Below are positions 45,812-56,321 of a DNA stretch of 64,000 bases, one piece after another. Source of the stretch: a virus (lineage: Duplodnaviria > Caudoviricetes); the IMG/VR virus record IMGVR_UViG_3300046678_000420, positions 1 through 64,000 of that record. One strand, written 5' to 3'. A model generated the notes under the pieces. That model saw nothing but the letters and a program-made list of their open reading frames with translations, made no database searches and had not been told where the DNA came from. How positions within the stretch are numbered: the first letter of the stretch is position 1; every line of letters starts with the position of its first letter. The position numbers were made by a program, and so were the translations under genes.

Positions 45812-45882
45812 CGGCAGCTGAGCAATAGGCGGATCGTAGCAAAGCTCTGTGATCGAATTTGCCTGGTTGGAGGTGACAAGAG

Positions 45883-46308
45883 ATGCCTCGGTACGTCGCA
45901 ACGAAGGTTCCCCGTGTTCCGCGAGTCCCCGGCGTTCACCGGGTGGCGCGGGTTCGCCGCGTGCGGCCTCCGTCCCATGTTCACTACCCGCATTCGCCGG
46001 GGTCGGTGGTGCATCGGCATCCGCATCAGGGCAACCACAACCCGCGCCCCGGGGCGCATGTTCACCACCATGCCGCCAGCGGCGGCCACCACGCGCACGC
46101 GGGCAACCACGGTCACCGGCACGTCGCATCGGGCGGGCATCACCCGCACAAGGGTGTGCACGAGCATCACCACGTTGTGGCTGGCCGCCATCACCCGCAT
46201 AAGGGTGTTCACGAGCACCACCACGTCCCGAAGGGGCGACACCACCACCACAAGGGGAGCCACGGCCATCGGAGACACCATCACGCGCACCGGCACCACG
46301 GCGTGTAG
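45883..46308 (+). CDS. Histidine-rich protein (B)
   Basis: Homologue of 628-1053, same length. Confidence 0.75.
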   Translation: MPRYVATKVPRVPRVPGVHRVARVRRVRPPSHVHYPHSPGSVVHRHPHQGNHNPRPGAHVHHHAASGGHHAHAGNHGHRHVASGGHHPHKGVHEHHHVVAGRHHPHKGVHEHHHVPKGRHHHHKGSHGHRRHHHAHRHHGV

Positions 46309-46458
46309 AGCCGCGCCGGCCGGACGCTGTAAAGCTCGCGTCTGTACCTTGCTTGACGCATGACGCGTCAAGGGAGTTAGATCATGCCTCAAGACACGGA
46401 AGACCCCGGCGGGTGCTGGACACACCCCCGGGGCTTGGCTTGAGGAGCTGCACTCCAC

Positions 46459-47343
46459 ATGCGCATTCAGCGTACCCCGCAACAAGGTTTCTTCACCATC
46501 GTTCCGAACGCGACGGCGCGTGATCACGGCCTGTCGTTCACGGCCCGGGGCATCCTGGCCTACCTGCTGTCGCTCCCGGCTGGCCGCTCTGAGACGGTCA
46601 TGAGCCTGTCTGAGAAGTCGGTGGAGGGTCGCAAGGCCGTTTCGGCTGCGATGACGGAGCTTGAGGAGCGCGGTTACCTGGCTCGCAAGCGGGTTCGCGG
46701 TGAGGCGGGGCAGATCACCACTGACGTTGTGGTCTTCGACATGCGCGACGGCGCATCTCCCCAGGTCGCGCCGAACGACACTCCAGTGTCGGTCGGTGGC
46801 CCGGTCGCCGGTTCGTCGGTCGATAACCCCATAGAAGACTTGGTAGAAAACTCCCCCCTCCCTACCCCCGTGACGGCCCCGGCTCTGACCGAGTCGGCCC
46901 CGGAGGGGCGGGCGGGGGGTGAGATATCTCGATCGGAAACCCTTCTCGCCGAGGTCGGCCGGGCTGACGCACGGCTACACCTGTCGGTGCGGGATCTGCG
47001 CAAGCTGGCCCCGCTGGTCGAGGCGTGGTTCGAGCGGGGCGCGGACGAGCGCTTGGTGAAGCTGGCGCTTACGGCGGGCCTTCCGGAGCGGGTGCAGCAC
47101 CCCGCCGGGCTGCTGCGGAAGCGCCTCGAAGACAAAATGCCCGCAACGGCTCCCGTGGCCCCTGTGGCGGCCCCGCAGGCTCCCCGGCATGAGTGCCCCG
47201 AGTGCCAGCGTCCTGTGATCACTGCGGGCCTGTGCAAGTCATGCGCCGGGGACGCCCCGGCAACGGCCACCCCCATTTCGGGCCCGGTCTCCTGGCGAGA
47301 CCTGGCTAAGAGCTTCGCCCCGGGCGCCTTCGCTACGGCCTGA
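46459..47343 (+). CDS. Winged-HTH initiator-like protein (B)
   Basis: Diverged homologue of 1251-2144. Confidence 0.7.
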   Translation: MRIQRTPQQGFFTIVPNATARDHGLSFTARGILAYLLSLPAGRSETVMSLSEKSVEGRKAVSAAMTELEERGYLARKRVRGEAGQITTDVVVFDMRDGASPQVAPNDTPVSVGGPVAGSSVDNPIEDLVENSPLPTPVTAPALTESAPEGRAGGEISRSETLLAEVGRADARLHLSVRDLRKLAPLVEAWFERGADERLVKLALTAGLPERVQHPAGLLRKRLEDKMPATAPVAPVAAPQAPRHECPECQRPVITAGLCKSCAGDAPATATPISGPVSWRDLAKSFAPGAFATA

Positions 47344-47418
47344 CGCCCCTCCCCTCTCCGTCGACCAAACCGCGGGGCGCTTTACAGCGTCCCGCCGGCC
47401 TGATGCGAGGGGGTGTAG

Positions 47419-49068
47419 ATGCTCCTTGCCCCCCACGCCCCGGCGAACGCTGCATCCGGCACCTTCATATGGGACCAGGCCGCAGCTGACCGAGTCGTCG
47501 CGTTCTTCGAGCGCGTCTTGGTCCACACCAAGGGCAGGCACGCACGGACACCCTTCCTCCTGACCGACTGGCAGAGGGACGAGATCGTACGGCCCTTGTT
47601 CGGCACGCTCGCCTATGACGAGCAGTACGACGAGTACGTACGTCAGTACCGCGTCGCCTGGCTTGAGATGGCCCGCAAGAACGGCAAGTCAGAATTGGCG
47701 TCCGGCTTTGCCCTGTATGGCCTTGTAGGCGATGGGGAAGAGTCCGCCGAGGTCTATTCCGTCGCGGCTGACCGCGACCAGGCGTCGCTAGTTTTCGACG
47801 TCGCTAAGCGCATGGTCGAGCTGTCCCCGGTCCTTTCCCGGCGTCTCGAAGTCGTCGCCTCTAAGAAGCGCATCATCGACCCGGCCACGAACTCTTTCTA
47901 TGCGGTGCTGCCCGGAGATGCCTCCGGCGCTCTCGGCACCAACCCGAGCATGGTCCTCTTCGATGAGGTCTTGACTCAGAAAGACCGGCACCTGTGGGAC
48001 GCGATGCGCCAAGGGTTCGGCACCCGGCGTCAGCCGATTCTCATTGCTACTACTACCGCCGCGTACACGTCGGCGCGGTTCGCATTGGAGGAACACGAAT
48101 ATGGGGAAGGTCTCCTCAACAATCCTGCCGCCGACGCCGCCCGGTTCGTGTTCATGCGAAACACACCGAGGGATTGGGACTGGCGAGACGAAGGGCACCC
48201 CGCCAATCCCGAGACCGGAGAGCCCGCAACCGGCTGGTACCACGCCAATCCCGCTCTTGGAGATTTCCTCTCCATCGGAAACCTCCGATCCGAAGCCGTA
48301 GAAGCCGAGTCCAAGCCTTCGGCTGAGAACGCGTTCCGCGTGTTCCGGCTGAACCAGTGGACTTCTCAGGCCGAACGCTGGCTCGATATGCAGACGTGGG
48401 ACCGCAACGGGGAAACCCCGGTTCTGCGTGAGCACCTGGCGGGCCGTTGCTGCTATGCCGGGCTCGACCTGGCGAGCGTTTCCGACTTCACGGCGTGGGT
48501 GTTGCTGTTCCCGGGCTCTCCGGAGGACAAGGACGCCGAGGGGTTCACGATTCTTCCCCGCTTCTGGATTCCGTCGAAGGCGCTTAAGGCGCGTGGTGTG
48601 CAGCGTTCGACGCTTGAGTACTGGGCGCAAATGGGCTGGCTCACCATCACTGACGGGGACGTTACGGATTATCGGGTTGTTCAGGCGGAAATCGAGAAGG
48701 ACGCCGAAGATTTCTGCATTGATCTCTTCGGTTATGACCCGTGGAATGCGACAAACCTGGTTACGGAGCTGGAAGACGGCGGCTTAGAGGGCGTTAAGGC
48801 GCCTCAGACGTCTGCCCGCATGACGGACCCGTGCAAGTGGATGGAAACCCTCTTGGCTGAGGGAGTCCTTAGGCACGGCGGTAACCCCGTCCTCCGCTGG
48901 ATGGCGGACAACGTCGAAATCCAATACACGGGAGACGGCCTTTTCAAGCCGTCTAAGGCCAAATCTGGCGACAAAATCGACGGCATTTCGGCGCTCTTGA
49001 ACGCGCTTTTTGTTGCTTTTACCGAAGATGACACGGAAGTGGGCTTCATCAGCCTCGAAGATGACTAG
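47419..49068 (+). CDS. terL: Terminase large subunit (B)
   Basis: Near-identical to 2215-3867. Confidence 0.95.
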   Translation: MLLAPHAPANAASGTFIWDQAAADRVVAFFERVLVHTKGRHARTPFLLTDWQRDEIVRPLFGTLAYDEQYDEYVRQYRVAWLEMARKNGKSELASGFALYGLVGDGEESAEVYSVAADRDQASLVFDVAKRMVELSPVLSRRLEVVASKKRIIDPATNSFYAVLPGDASGALGTNPSMVLFDEVLTQKDRHLWDAMRQGFGTRRQPILIATTTAAYTSARFALEEHEYGEGLLNNPAADAARFVFMRNTPRDWDWRDEGHPANPETGEPATGWYHANPALGDFLSIGNLRSEAVEAESKPSAENAFRVFRLNQWTSQAERWLDMQTWDRNGETPVLREHLAGRCCYAGLDLASVSDFTAWVLLFPGSPEDKDAEGFTILPRFWIPSKALKARGVQRSTLEYWAQMGWLTITDGDVTDYRVVQAEIEKDAEDFCIDLFGYDPWNATNLVTELEDGGLEGVKAPQTSARMTDPCKWMETLLAEGVLRHGGNPVLRWMADNVEIQYTGDGLFKPSKAKSGDKIDGISALLNALFVAFTEDDTEVGFISLEDD

Positions 49069-49078
49069 GGGGTGGCTG

Positions 49079-49255
49079 ATGCGCCGTCGCGCGATCGTGC
49101 TTGAGGTGGTGTCCACGCTGGTTGAGGGCCTGGGAGCCCTGGGAGTGGCCTACGGTCTGGCGCAGGTTTACCGGCCCCTCGGGTGGATTCTTGGGGGCCT
49201 TTTCGTGGCCGTGGTGGGCTTCTCGCTGTCCCCGAAGCCGGGTGAGCAGCGTTGA
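49079..49255 (+). CDS. Small membrane protein (B)
   Basis: Homologue of 3882-4058. Confidence 0.7.
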   Translation: MRRRAIVLEVVSTLVEGLGALGVAYGLAQVYRPLGWILGGLFVAVVGFSLSPKPGEQR

Positions 49256-50550
49256 GTATCTTCTCCCGCATCGAGGCCCGGACGGGCGGTCTTGGCTGGC
49301 TCGCCAGTCAGCCCCCCGTTGACTGGGTCCGCAATGCCTTCCTCGCGAATGATCCCGTCTACTCGGGTAAGCAGGTCAATGAGCAAACGGCGATGCAGGT
49401 TAGCGCCGTCTACTACTGCGTTGGACTTATCACGGACGCTATCGCGTCTCTGCCTATCGACGTCTTCAAGGACTATCCGGACGGCACCACGGAGAAGGTT
49501 CGCGCCCCGGCGTGGCTGCGAAAGCCGAACTATCGGATGACCCCGTTCGACTTCTGGCAGCGGGTAGTCATGTCCCTTCTCGTGGCCGGAAACGCCTACA
49601 TCTTCACCCTGCGGAACGGTAAGGGCGACATCATCGAGGTGTGGCCCATTCACCCGAGCTGGGTCTATCCCTTCCCCGAGGAGGGAACGACCAACGTCCT
49701 GTATGACGTGAACGGCGTCACCATGGATCAGACCGAGATCATCCATATCCCGGCAATGTCGATGCCGGGCTACCTCACCGGTCTTTCGCCGCTTGAGGCG
49801 GCCCGTCAGGCAATCGGCATCTCGATGGTGACGGAGGAGTTCGGGGCCCGGTTCTTCAGCCAGGGCGCCTACATGTCCGGCATCATCCAGCACCCGGGCA
49901 AGGCGAACCCGGAAGAGGCTCGGCGCCTCAAAGAGGACTTCGTCAAGAAGCACCAGGGCGTAGCGAACTCGCATGCCGTGGGCGTTCTGACCGGTGGCGC
50001 CTCTTGGCACCCGATCACCATCACGCCCGAGCAATCCCAGTTCCTTCAGACCCGGAACTTCACGAAAGCCGACATCGCGTTGTTCTACCGGGTGCCCGCC
50101 TATCGGGTTGACCCGGCGGTCACGTCCTCTTGGGGCCGTGGCGTCGAAGAGCAGAACTACGCCATGGCTCAGGACACGTTGCACCCGTGGGCCGCACGTA
50201 TCGAGCAGGCCATATCGACGTTCCTTCTGCCGGGCTTTCAGACCATGCGTTTCAACATGGATGCCCGCTTGAGGGCGAAGCTTTCCGAGCGCTACGCGGC
50301 ACATGCGCAAGCGATCAGCTACGGCATCAAGAGCCCGGATGAAGTCCGCTCCGAGGAAGGCATGTCGCCCATTCCTGACGGCAAGGGCGATGTGTGGTAC
50401 CGCCCGGCGAACATCATCGGCATTGATGAGGATCTGCCGACAACGAACGATTGGAAAAAGCTTCCGGACGCGGTCGATGGGGGAACGATGGTTGTTCCCC
50501 CGCCTCCCCCGGAGCCTAACGGGGGTGGTGGCGAGAATGAGCCTGCTTGA
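49252..50550 (+). CDS. Portal protein (B)
   Basis: Homologue of 4055-5359; C-terminus differs. Confidence 0.93.
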   Translation: MSIFSRIEARTGGLGWLASQPPVDWVRNAFLANDPVYSGKQVNEQTAMQVSAVYYCVGLITDAIASLPIDVFKDYPDGTTEKVRAPAWLRKPNYRMTPFDFWQRVVMSLLVAGNAYIFTLRNGKGDIIEVWPIHPSWVYPFPEEGTTNVLYDVNGVTMDQTEIIHIPAMSMPGYLTGLSPLEAARQAIGISMVTEEFGARFFSQGAYMSGIIQHPGKANPEEARRLKEDFVKKHQGVANSHAVGVLTGGASWHPITITPEQSQFLQTRNFTKADIALFYRVPAYRVDPAVTSSWGRGVEEQNYAMAQDTLHPWAARIEQAISTFLLPGFQTMRFNMDARLRAKLSERYAAHAQAISYGIKSPDEVRSEEGMSPIPDGKGDVWYRPANIIGIDEDLPTTNDWKKLPDAVDGGTMVVPPPPPEPNGGGGENEPA

Positions 50551-51187
50551 GCGCAGGTCGGTTGAGACCCAGTTCGACATTGCCGCTAAGGGCGATGGGT
50601 GGACGTTCACCGGATACGCCGCGAAGTACGGAACCAGGTCTCACGACCTCGGGGGCTTCAAGGAAACCATTCGGTCGGGCGCGTTCACCCGCGCCCTCGG
50701 TGAGGGCCAAGACGTGAGGGCCCTTATCAACCATGACGCCGGTCTGATCCTGGGGCGTACAGCCTCCGGCACGCTGAAGCTGGCCGAGGACAGCACGGGC
50801 CTTCACTACGAAGTGGACGCGCCAGACACCAGCTATGCCCGTGACCTGGCGGAGTCCATGAAGCGGGGCGACGTCACGCAGTCGTCCTTTGCTTTCCGTG
50901 TCCGTGAGGACGACTGGCAGAAGGAAGGCCGCTCGCGGCTCCGGACCCTCATCGACCTTGACCTACTCGACGTCTCGCCGGTCACGTACCCGGCGTACGA
51001 GGACACAGAGTCAGGGGTCACCGCGGCGCGTGCTTTACAGCTCGCGGCCGGCCGACTGGGTTGGGATGAGGAGAGAGACGCGCTTGCGGCGCGTGACCTG
51101 GTGGGGGCGTGGAATCCGCTCCCACCGGAGGACAACGAAACGCTTCGGCTTGCCCTTCGGGCGATCCGGCTTAGGGGCCGTGCCTGA
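50537..51187 (+). CDS. Prohead protease (B)
   Basis: Homologue of 5343-5996. Confidence 0.92.
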   Translation: MSLLERRSVETQFDIAAKGDGWTFTGYAAKYGTRSHDLGGFKETIRSGAFTRALGEGQDVRALINHDAGLILGRTASGTLKLAEDSTGLHYEVDAPDTSYARDLAESMKRGDVTQSSFAFRVREDDWQKEGRSRLRTLIDLDLLDVSPVTYPAYEDTESGVTAARALQLAAGRLGWDEERDALAARDLVGAWNPLPPEDNETLRLALRAIRLRGRA

Positions 51188-51283
51188 CGGCACCAGCTCC
51201 AAACACATACAGAGGCTCACCCCTGACGGGTGGGCCTCTTTCGTTTGGCCGCGAACGGCGGCCCCTTGGGGGAGGTACCAGTT

Positions 51284-52552
51284 TTGAGTTACGCACAGCA
51301 GGCCGAAGAGATCCTGACTCAGCGCGCGAACATCTTCGAGCAGCGCAAGGCGATCACGGATTCTCTGACGGACGGCGCGGAGCCGACTGCGGAGCAGCGG
51401 ACCCAGCTCGACCGAATGGACACGGACCTGAACCGCCTCGGCGCGGAGGCCCGCTCCATCGTGGAGGAGGGCGAGCGGGAGGCTGAGGCGGCGGAGCTGC
51501 GGGACCGTGCGGCCCGGCTCGGCGTCAAGTCCGGCGTGTTCAACGGCGATCAGCAGCGCCAGAACGCGGGCGTGTCCCTGTCGGACGAGATCCGAAACCT
51601 GAACTACGGCGAGACGCTGACGGTCGGCTCGGACCTCTACATGAAGCCGGGCAGTGACGAGGTTCGGTCCGCGCTTGAGTCGCGGGTCGCGACCACCGGC
51701 AGCGCCGCGAACGCTGGCGCCACCATCCCGACGACCTTCGTCGCGCGGGTCCTGGACTACATGCTGCCGCAGATCGGCGTGTGGCAGGCAGGCCCGACCA
51801 TCATCACCACTTCCGGCGGCGAGCCGATGACCTTCCCGCGCCTGACCGGTCGGCCGACTGTCGCGCCGGTCGCGGAGAACAGCCCGTTCCCGACTTCCGA
51901 CGCCGCATTCAACAATTTCACGCTGAATGCCAAAAAGTATGGCGTGATCGTTCAGGTCTCCAAGGAAATGGTGCAGGACAGCGGCATTGACATTGCTGGG
52001 TTCATCGCTCAGCAGGCGGGCATCATGGCGGGCCGTCAGGTCGCCCATGACCTGACCGTCGGCTCCGGTACCGGCGGCGTGCCGACTGGTGTTCTGACTG
52101 CCACTGTGGCGGCGAATGCCGGTACCACCATGGGCACTGTCGGCGCCATCTCCGGTGACGACATCATCGCGCTCTACTACAGCGTGATTGACGCCTACCG
52201 GCGGAACGCGAAGTTCATGATGAATGACGCGACCGTGGGCAAGCTGCGAGGCGTCAAGGACGCCTATGGTCAGTACCTTTGGCAGCCCGGCTTGGTCTCC
52301 GGCGCCCCGGACATTCTTCTCGGCAAGCCGGTTGTGACCGACGTCAACATGCCGACCGTGGCGACCGGCAATCAGTCGGTCATCTTCGGCGACTTCTCCA
52401 CCTACTTCGTTCGCCAGGTCAACGGCGTTCAGGTCGAGAAGTCTTTCGAGTTCGGTTGGGGTTCCGACCTGGTGTCGTACAAGGTGACTTGGCGCGGCGA
52501 CGGCAACCTGTCGGACACCACGGGTGCGCTGAAGACTCTGGTCGGCAAGTAA
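51284..52552 (+). CDS. Major capsid protein (B)
   Basis: Homologue of 6091-7359. Confidence 0.93.
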   Translation: MSYAQQAEEILTQRANIFEQRKAITDSLTDGAEPTAEQRTQLDRMDTDLNRLGAEARSIVEEGEREAEAAELRDRAARLGVKSGVFNGDQQRQNAGVSLSDEIRNLNYGETLTVGSDLYMKPGSDEVRSALESRVATTGSAANAGATIPTTFVARVLDYMLPQIGVWQAGPTIITTSGGEPMTFPRLTGRPTVAPVAENSPFPTSDAAFNNFTLNAKKYGVIVQVSKEMVQDSGIDIAGFIAQQAGIMAGRQVAHDLTVGSGTGGVPTGVLTATVAANAGTTMGTVGAISGDDIIALYYSVIDAYRRNAKFMMNDATVGKLRGVKDAYGQYLWQPGLVSGAPDILLGKPVVTDVNMPTVATGNQSVIFGDFSTYFVRQVNGVQVEKSFEFGWGSDLVSYKVTWRGDGNLSDTTGALKTLVGK

Positions 52553-52616
52553 GCCGTTAGCGGGTTAGGGGAGGGCCTTAGGGTCCTCCGCTTTCTCATG
52601 CCCGGAGGGGGTGCCT

Positions 52617-53489
52617 ATGAGGCTCGTTCGCGGCTATGCCGGAGTACTGAGCGCAACGTTTATGACGGACGAAACCCCGATCGATGCCGGGGCGGTCACG
52701 GTCACAGTTACTAACGCGGCTGGCGTGGTTGTGGCGTCGGGTGCCGCATCGACTCCGAGCACGGGGATCTACACGTTTCCCATGGCTCCGCTAACCGCCC
52801 TCGGGCCGTTAGTCGTTAGCTGGGTTAGCGCGACGCTAACGCAGACAACCACCGCTGAGGTGGTCGGCTCAACCCTGTTTGCTTTGCCTGACCTGCGGGC
52901 TTCAGACCCCGCGTTCTCTAACACCACTAAGTTCCCTACGGCCGCCCTGGCGGCGGCGAGGGATGCGGTAACGGACGAGTTCGCCCGCATCTGCGGACGC
53001 TCCTTCATCCCGCGAGGCAACACCTACACGGTAACGCTCGACAACACGGGCTATGTCCTATTGCCCGATGCCGACCTCACGAAGGTGGTTAGCGCATCGG
53101 TCGATGGCGTTACGCAAACGGGCATGACCACTGACCCTATCGGGCTGGTCTACGGGCTTCCGACTATGCAGGCGCTAACGCTGCAAGAGCTTTGGAGCGG
53201 GGCGATAGGCTCCGGGGCTCCCGGCCCCGGTTTGTGCGTCATCACATACGAGTACGGGTTTACTCAGGTCCCTAACGACCTTTATCGGGCTGCGATTCAG
53301 CGCGGCCGGTTCATCCTCGCGGCTATCGCGTCGGGCATCCCCGACCGCGCAACGTCATTCGTGGCGACCGAGGGCGGATCGTTCACTCTGGCGACCCCGG
53401 GGTCTGGGGTTTGGCAGACCGGCATCCCTGACGTTGACGCAGTGCTGGCCCGATACACCATCGCGCCTAAGGGCGTGGTCGTGGCATGA
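52617..53489 (+). CDS. Putative head-to-tail adaptor (B)
   Basis: Homologue of 7424-8296. Confidence 0.65.
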   Translation: MRLVRGYAGVLSATFMTDETPIDAGAVTVTVTNAAGVVVASGAASTPSTGIYTFPMAPLTALGPLVVSWVSATLTQTTTAEVVGSTLFALPDLRASDPAFSNTTKFPTAALAAARDAVTDEFARICGRSFIPRGNTYTVTLDNTGYVLLPDADLTKVVSASVDGVTQTGMTTDPIGLVYGLPTMQALTLQELWSGAIGSGAPGPGLCVITYEYGFTQVPNDLYRAAIQRGRFILAAIASGIPDRATSFVATEGGSFTLATPGSGVWQTGIPDVDAVLARYTIAPKGVVVA

Positions 53490-53908
53490 GCACTAACGCG
53501 TTGCTCGTCAAGGCTGCCATCCAGACCGCTTTACAGCAGTCGGCCGGCCTGGTGGACGTGCCGATCATCTGGGGGCCCGACCCGAGACACCAGCCTCAGC
53601 GCTGGATTCTCCTCGGGCAAATCCACTGGGATCACGAACGCTGGGCCACGAACAGGTCCAAAGAAGAGACGTTCACTATCGACCTGATCTCAGAGGTAAT
53701 GCTTACTGCCTCTACGGCGTTCGACGCCGAAACTCAGGCCGCTGAACTCTCAGGGATTGTCGAGGACATCGTCAAGGCATCCCCCGGCTTCGGGCTCTCC
53801 GGAGTCGTCACATCCATCTACAGCCCTGGGCGGCTGCTCTCTTTTCCCGCTGATGACCGCTGGGTTGGCCAAATGCACGGCGAACTCAAAGTCACAGCCC
53901 GCGACTAA
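53486..53908 (+). CDS. Putative tail terminator (B)
   Basis: Homologue of 8293-8715. Confidence 0.55.
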   Translation: MSTNALLVKAAIQTALQQSAGLVDVPIIWGPDPRHQPQRWILLGQIHWDHERWATNRSKEETFTIDLISEVMLTASTAFDAETQAAELSGIVEDIVKASPGFGLSGVVTSIYSPGRLLSFPADDRWVGQMHGELKVTARD

Positions 53909-53923
53909 CGGGGGGTTCTTACC

Positions 53924-54301
53924 TTGTCTCAGGTCCTCTACACGGGCCCGCTGGCTGGCGTCGTGACGCCGGACGGCACCGAGTTTCCGAAGGGCGTTCC
54001 GGTCCTGGTCTCTGACGAGCTGGCGGCGTCGCTTCTGCTTCAGACCTTCGTCGATGCGACTTCGACCCCGGCGGCTACGACCGCTACGACCGACACCACC
54101 ACCACGGCGCCTACGCCGGCCGCGAGCTTTACAGCTCCCGCCGCGGTTCCGGCCCCGGCTCCCGCTCCCGCCCCGGACCCGACTCCGGCGGCTCCCGTTG
54201 CGGACCCGGCTCCGGCTGCGCCTGCTCCCGATCCGACTCCGGCCGCTGCGCCGGACCAGACCGCGACCGTCCTTGCTCCGGTTAGCGGGGTGACCGCGTA
54301 A
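53924..54301 (+). CDS. Pro/Ala/Thr-rich small protein (B)
   Basis: Homologue of 8730-9092. Confidence 0.6.
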   Translation: MSQVLYTGPLAGVVTPDGTEFPKGVPVLVSDELAASLLLQTFVDATSTPAATTATTDTTTTAPTPAASFTAPAAVPAPAPAPAPDPTPAAPVADPAPAAPAPDPTPAAAPDQTATVLAPVSGVTA

Positions 54302-55284
54302 TGGGCACGTACACAGTTCATGACAGTTACCTCGGCATGTCGGCGGAGACGACCTACGCGACCGGCGTTGCCGCGTCCCGGTTCTTCGAGTTCGAGACGG
54401 AATCCATCACCGGCAAGTACAACCGCATCGACTCCAAGGCGGCGCGGGCCGGTACCCGCGTGCTGCGGACCGACCGGTGGGCCCCGAACCCGAAGGGCGC
54501 GGACGGCTCGATCAAGCTGGAAGTCCTGGACTCCGGGTTCGGCCTCCTGCTCAAGAACATGCTTGGCGCGGTGTCGCTCGGCATCGTGACCGGTGGCTAC
54601 ACGCCGATGACGTTCACCATCGGTTCTCTCCTGGGGATCTCGTCCACCTGGCAGGTTGGCCGGTACAGCACGGACGGCTCTCTGACGCCGTTCACGTACA
54701 TGGGCGGGAAGTGCCACAACTGGGAGCTTCAGTCCGCCGTTGACGGCATCCTGGGCCTGACCCTGAATATCGACTTCGCTACGGAGACGATCGGCGCGGG
54801 TTCCGGCGCCACTGCCCTGTCTACTCCGACCTACCCGACCGGCGCGCAGCTCTTCACGTACATCGGTGGTTCGGCCACCGTGGCGGGGACGCAGTTCGCC
54901 GTGCATGACGTGATGGTCAAGGGCGACAACAAGCTGAAGGTTGACCGGTACTTCATGGCCAACAACGGCGTGAAGAAGGAGCCCCTTGAGCAGGAGCTTC
55001 GCGCGATCAACTGGGAGATGAAGGGCGAGTTTGACGGGATCGCTCAGTACAACCGGGTTGCGTCCACGACCAACGCCGGGGCTACAGCGTCCATCGTCAT
55101 GAACTGGGCGACTCCGCAGGGCGGCGCGCTTCAGGTCACGATCCCGAATGCTCGTTTCGACGGCGGCGCTCCGCACGTGGACGGCATGAAGATTCCCGAG
55201 ATCTCGTTCACCGGCCTGGCTCTCGATGACGGCACGCTTCCGCCTATCAGCGTGGTTTACACCACGAAGGACGCGGCGCCCTAA
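54301..55284 (+). CDS. Major tail tube protein (B)
   Basis: Homologue of 9092-10075. Confidence 0.8.
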   Translation: MGTYTVHDSYLGMSAETTYATGVAASRFFEFETESITGKYNRIDSKAARAGTRVLRTDRWAPNPKGADGSIKLEVLDSGFGLLLKNMLGAVSLGIVTGGYTPMTFTIGSLLGISSTWQVGRYSTDGSLTPFTYMGGKCHNWELQSAVDGILGLTLNIDFATETIGAGSGATALSTPTYPTGAQLFTYIGGSATVAGTQFAVHDVMVKGDNKLKVDRYFMANNGVKKEPLEQELRAINWEMKGEFDGIAQYNRVASTTNAGATASIVMNWATPQGGALQVTIPNARFDGGAPHVDGMKIPEISFTGLALDDGTLPPISVVYTTKDAAP

Positions 55285-55800
55285 GTGCCGTACCAGGCTG
55301 GCCAGGGCCGGGGCAGCCAGTTCACTAGTAGGTACTCCAACGACTTCAGCCAGAAAATCCAGGTCGAGGGCCTGTATGAATTCCTGGCGCAAGTCAAGAC
55401 CACGGCCCCGCAAGTTGTGGGGCAGGTCTCGGAGACAAACAAGTTGGCTGCCGACATGGTGAAGGACGCGGCCAAGTCGAAGGCGTCCGGCCTTGGTGGC
55501 GTCGCGAATAAGGCTGCTGGGTCGCTGGCGACGTCGAAGGCCACACGGCAGGCGTCCGTCCGGCTCGGCATGGGAATGGCCTTCGCCTTCGGTGCCGAGT
55601 TCGGCGCCAAGAGATACAACCAATTCAAGCCGTGGCGCGGCAATCAGTGGGTGGCCGGTGACGGCCCCGCTAGTGGCGTCGGCTACTTCCTGTATCCCGC
55701 GATTCGCGAACAGCGCGCGGACGTAGAGCGCATCTACATGGCTTCCATGATGCGGCTCATGAGAGAAGCGGGCTTCCGGGTCAACGACCTGGCGGAGTAG
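55285..55800 (+). CDS. Putative tail completion protein (B)
   Basis: Homologue of 10076-10591. Confidence 0.55.
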   Translation: MPYQAGQGRGSQFTSRYSNDFSQKIQVEGLYEFLAQVKTTAPQVVGQVSETNKLAADMVKDAAKSKASGLGGVANKAAGSLATSKATRQASVRLGMGMAFAFGAEFGAKRYNQFKPWRGNQWVAGDGPASGVGYFLYPAIREQRADVERIYMASMMRLMREAGFRVNDLAE

Positions 55801-55874
55801 TACCGCGGTTCGCTTTACAGCGCCCCGCCGGCCAAGTGTCGGCGGGGCTTCCTACTTTCAAGAGGAGTCCCCCT

Positions 55875-56183
55875 ATGTCTGAAGTTCTGAGCCTTGACCC
55901 CGAAGACCTGAGCATTGGCGACCTCGAAGACTTCGAGGAGATCACCGGCCAGGCGCTCACTGAGGCGCTGAAGTCGCGTCCCGTGCTCGACGCGGACGGC
56001 AATCGGACGTTTGACGAGAAGGGCCGCCCCCTGTCTGAGGCGCAGCTCTCGGCGAAGGTCATCAAGGCGCTGGTCTTCCTGGTCAAGCGTCGTGACAATC
56101 CGGCTTTCACGCTGGAGGACGCGCGGCATGTCCGCATCTCCGATCTGAAGTTCGCTGAGGCGGACGCGGAGGGAAACGGCTAA
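55875..56183 (+). CDS. Tail assembly chaperone G (B); GT extension to 56335 via -1 shift at GGGAAAC 56171-56177
   Basis: Homologue of 10666-11126. Confidence 0.8.
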   Translation: MSEVLSLDPEDLSIGDLEDFEEITGQALTEALKSRPVLDADGNRTFDEKGRPLSEAQLSAKVIKALVFLVKRRDNPAFTLEDARHVRISDLKFAEADAEGNG

Positions 56184-56321
56184 AGCTGGACCGGCTTAAG
56201 GAATGGGCATTGCTGGCCCGTTTCTACGGCTGGACCCCAGCACAAATACGGGGGCTAACGCTGTCCGAGTACCGGGTGTTTCTCGGGTATGCGGAAGCGC
56301 TACGGGATTCGGGGGTAGACC

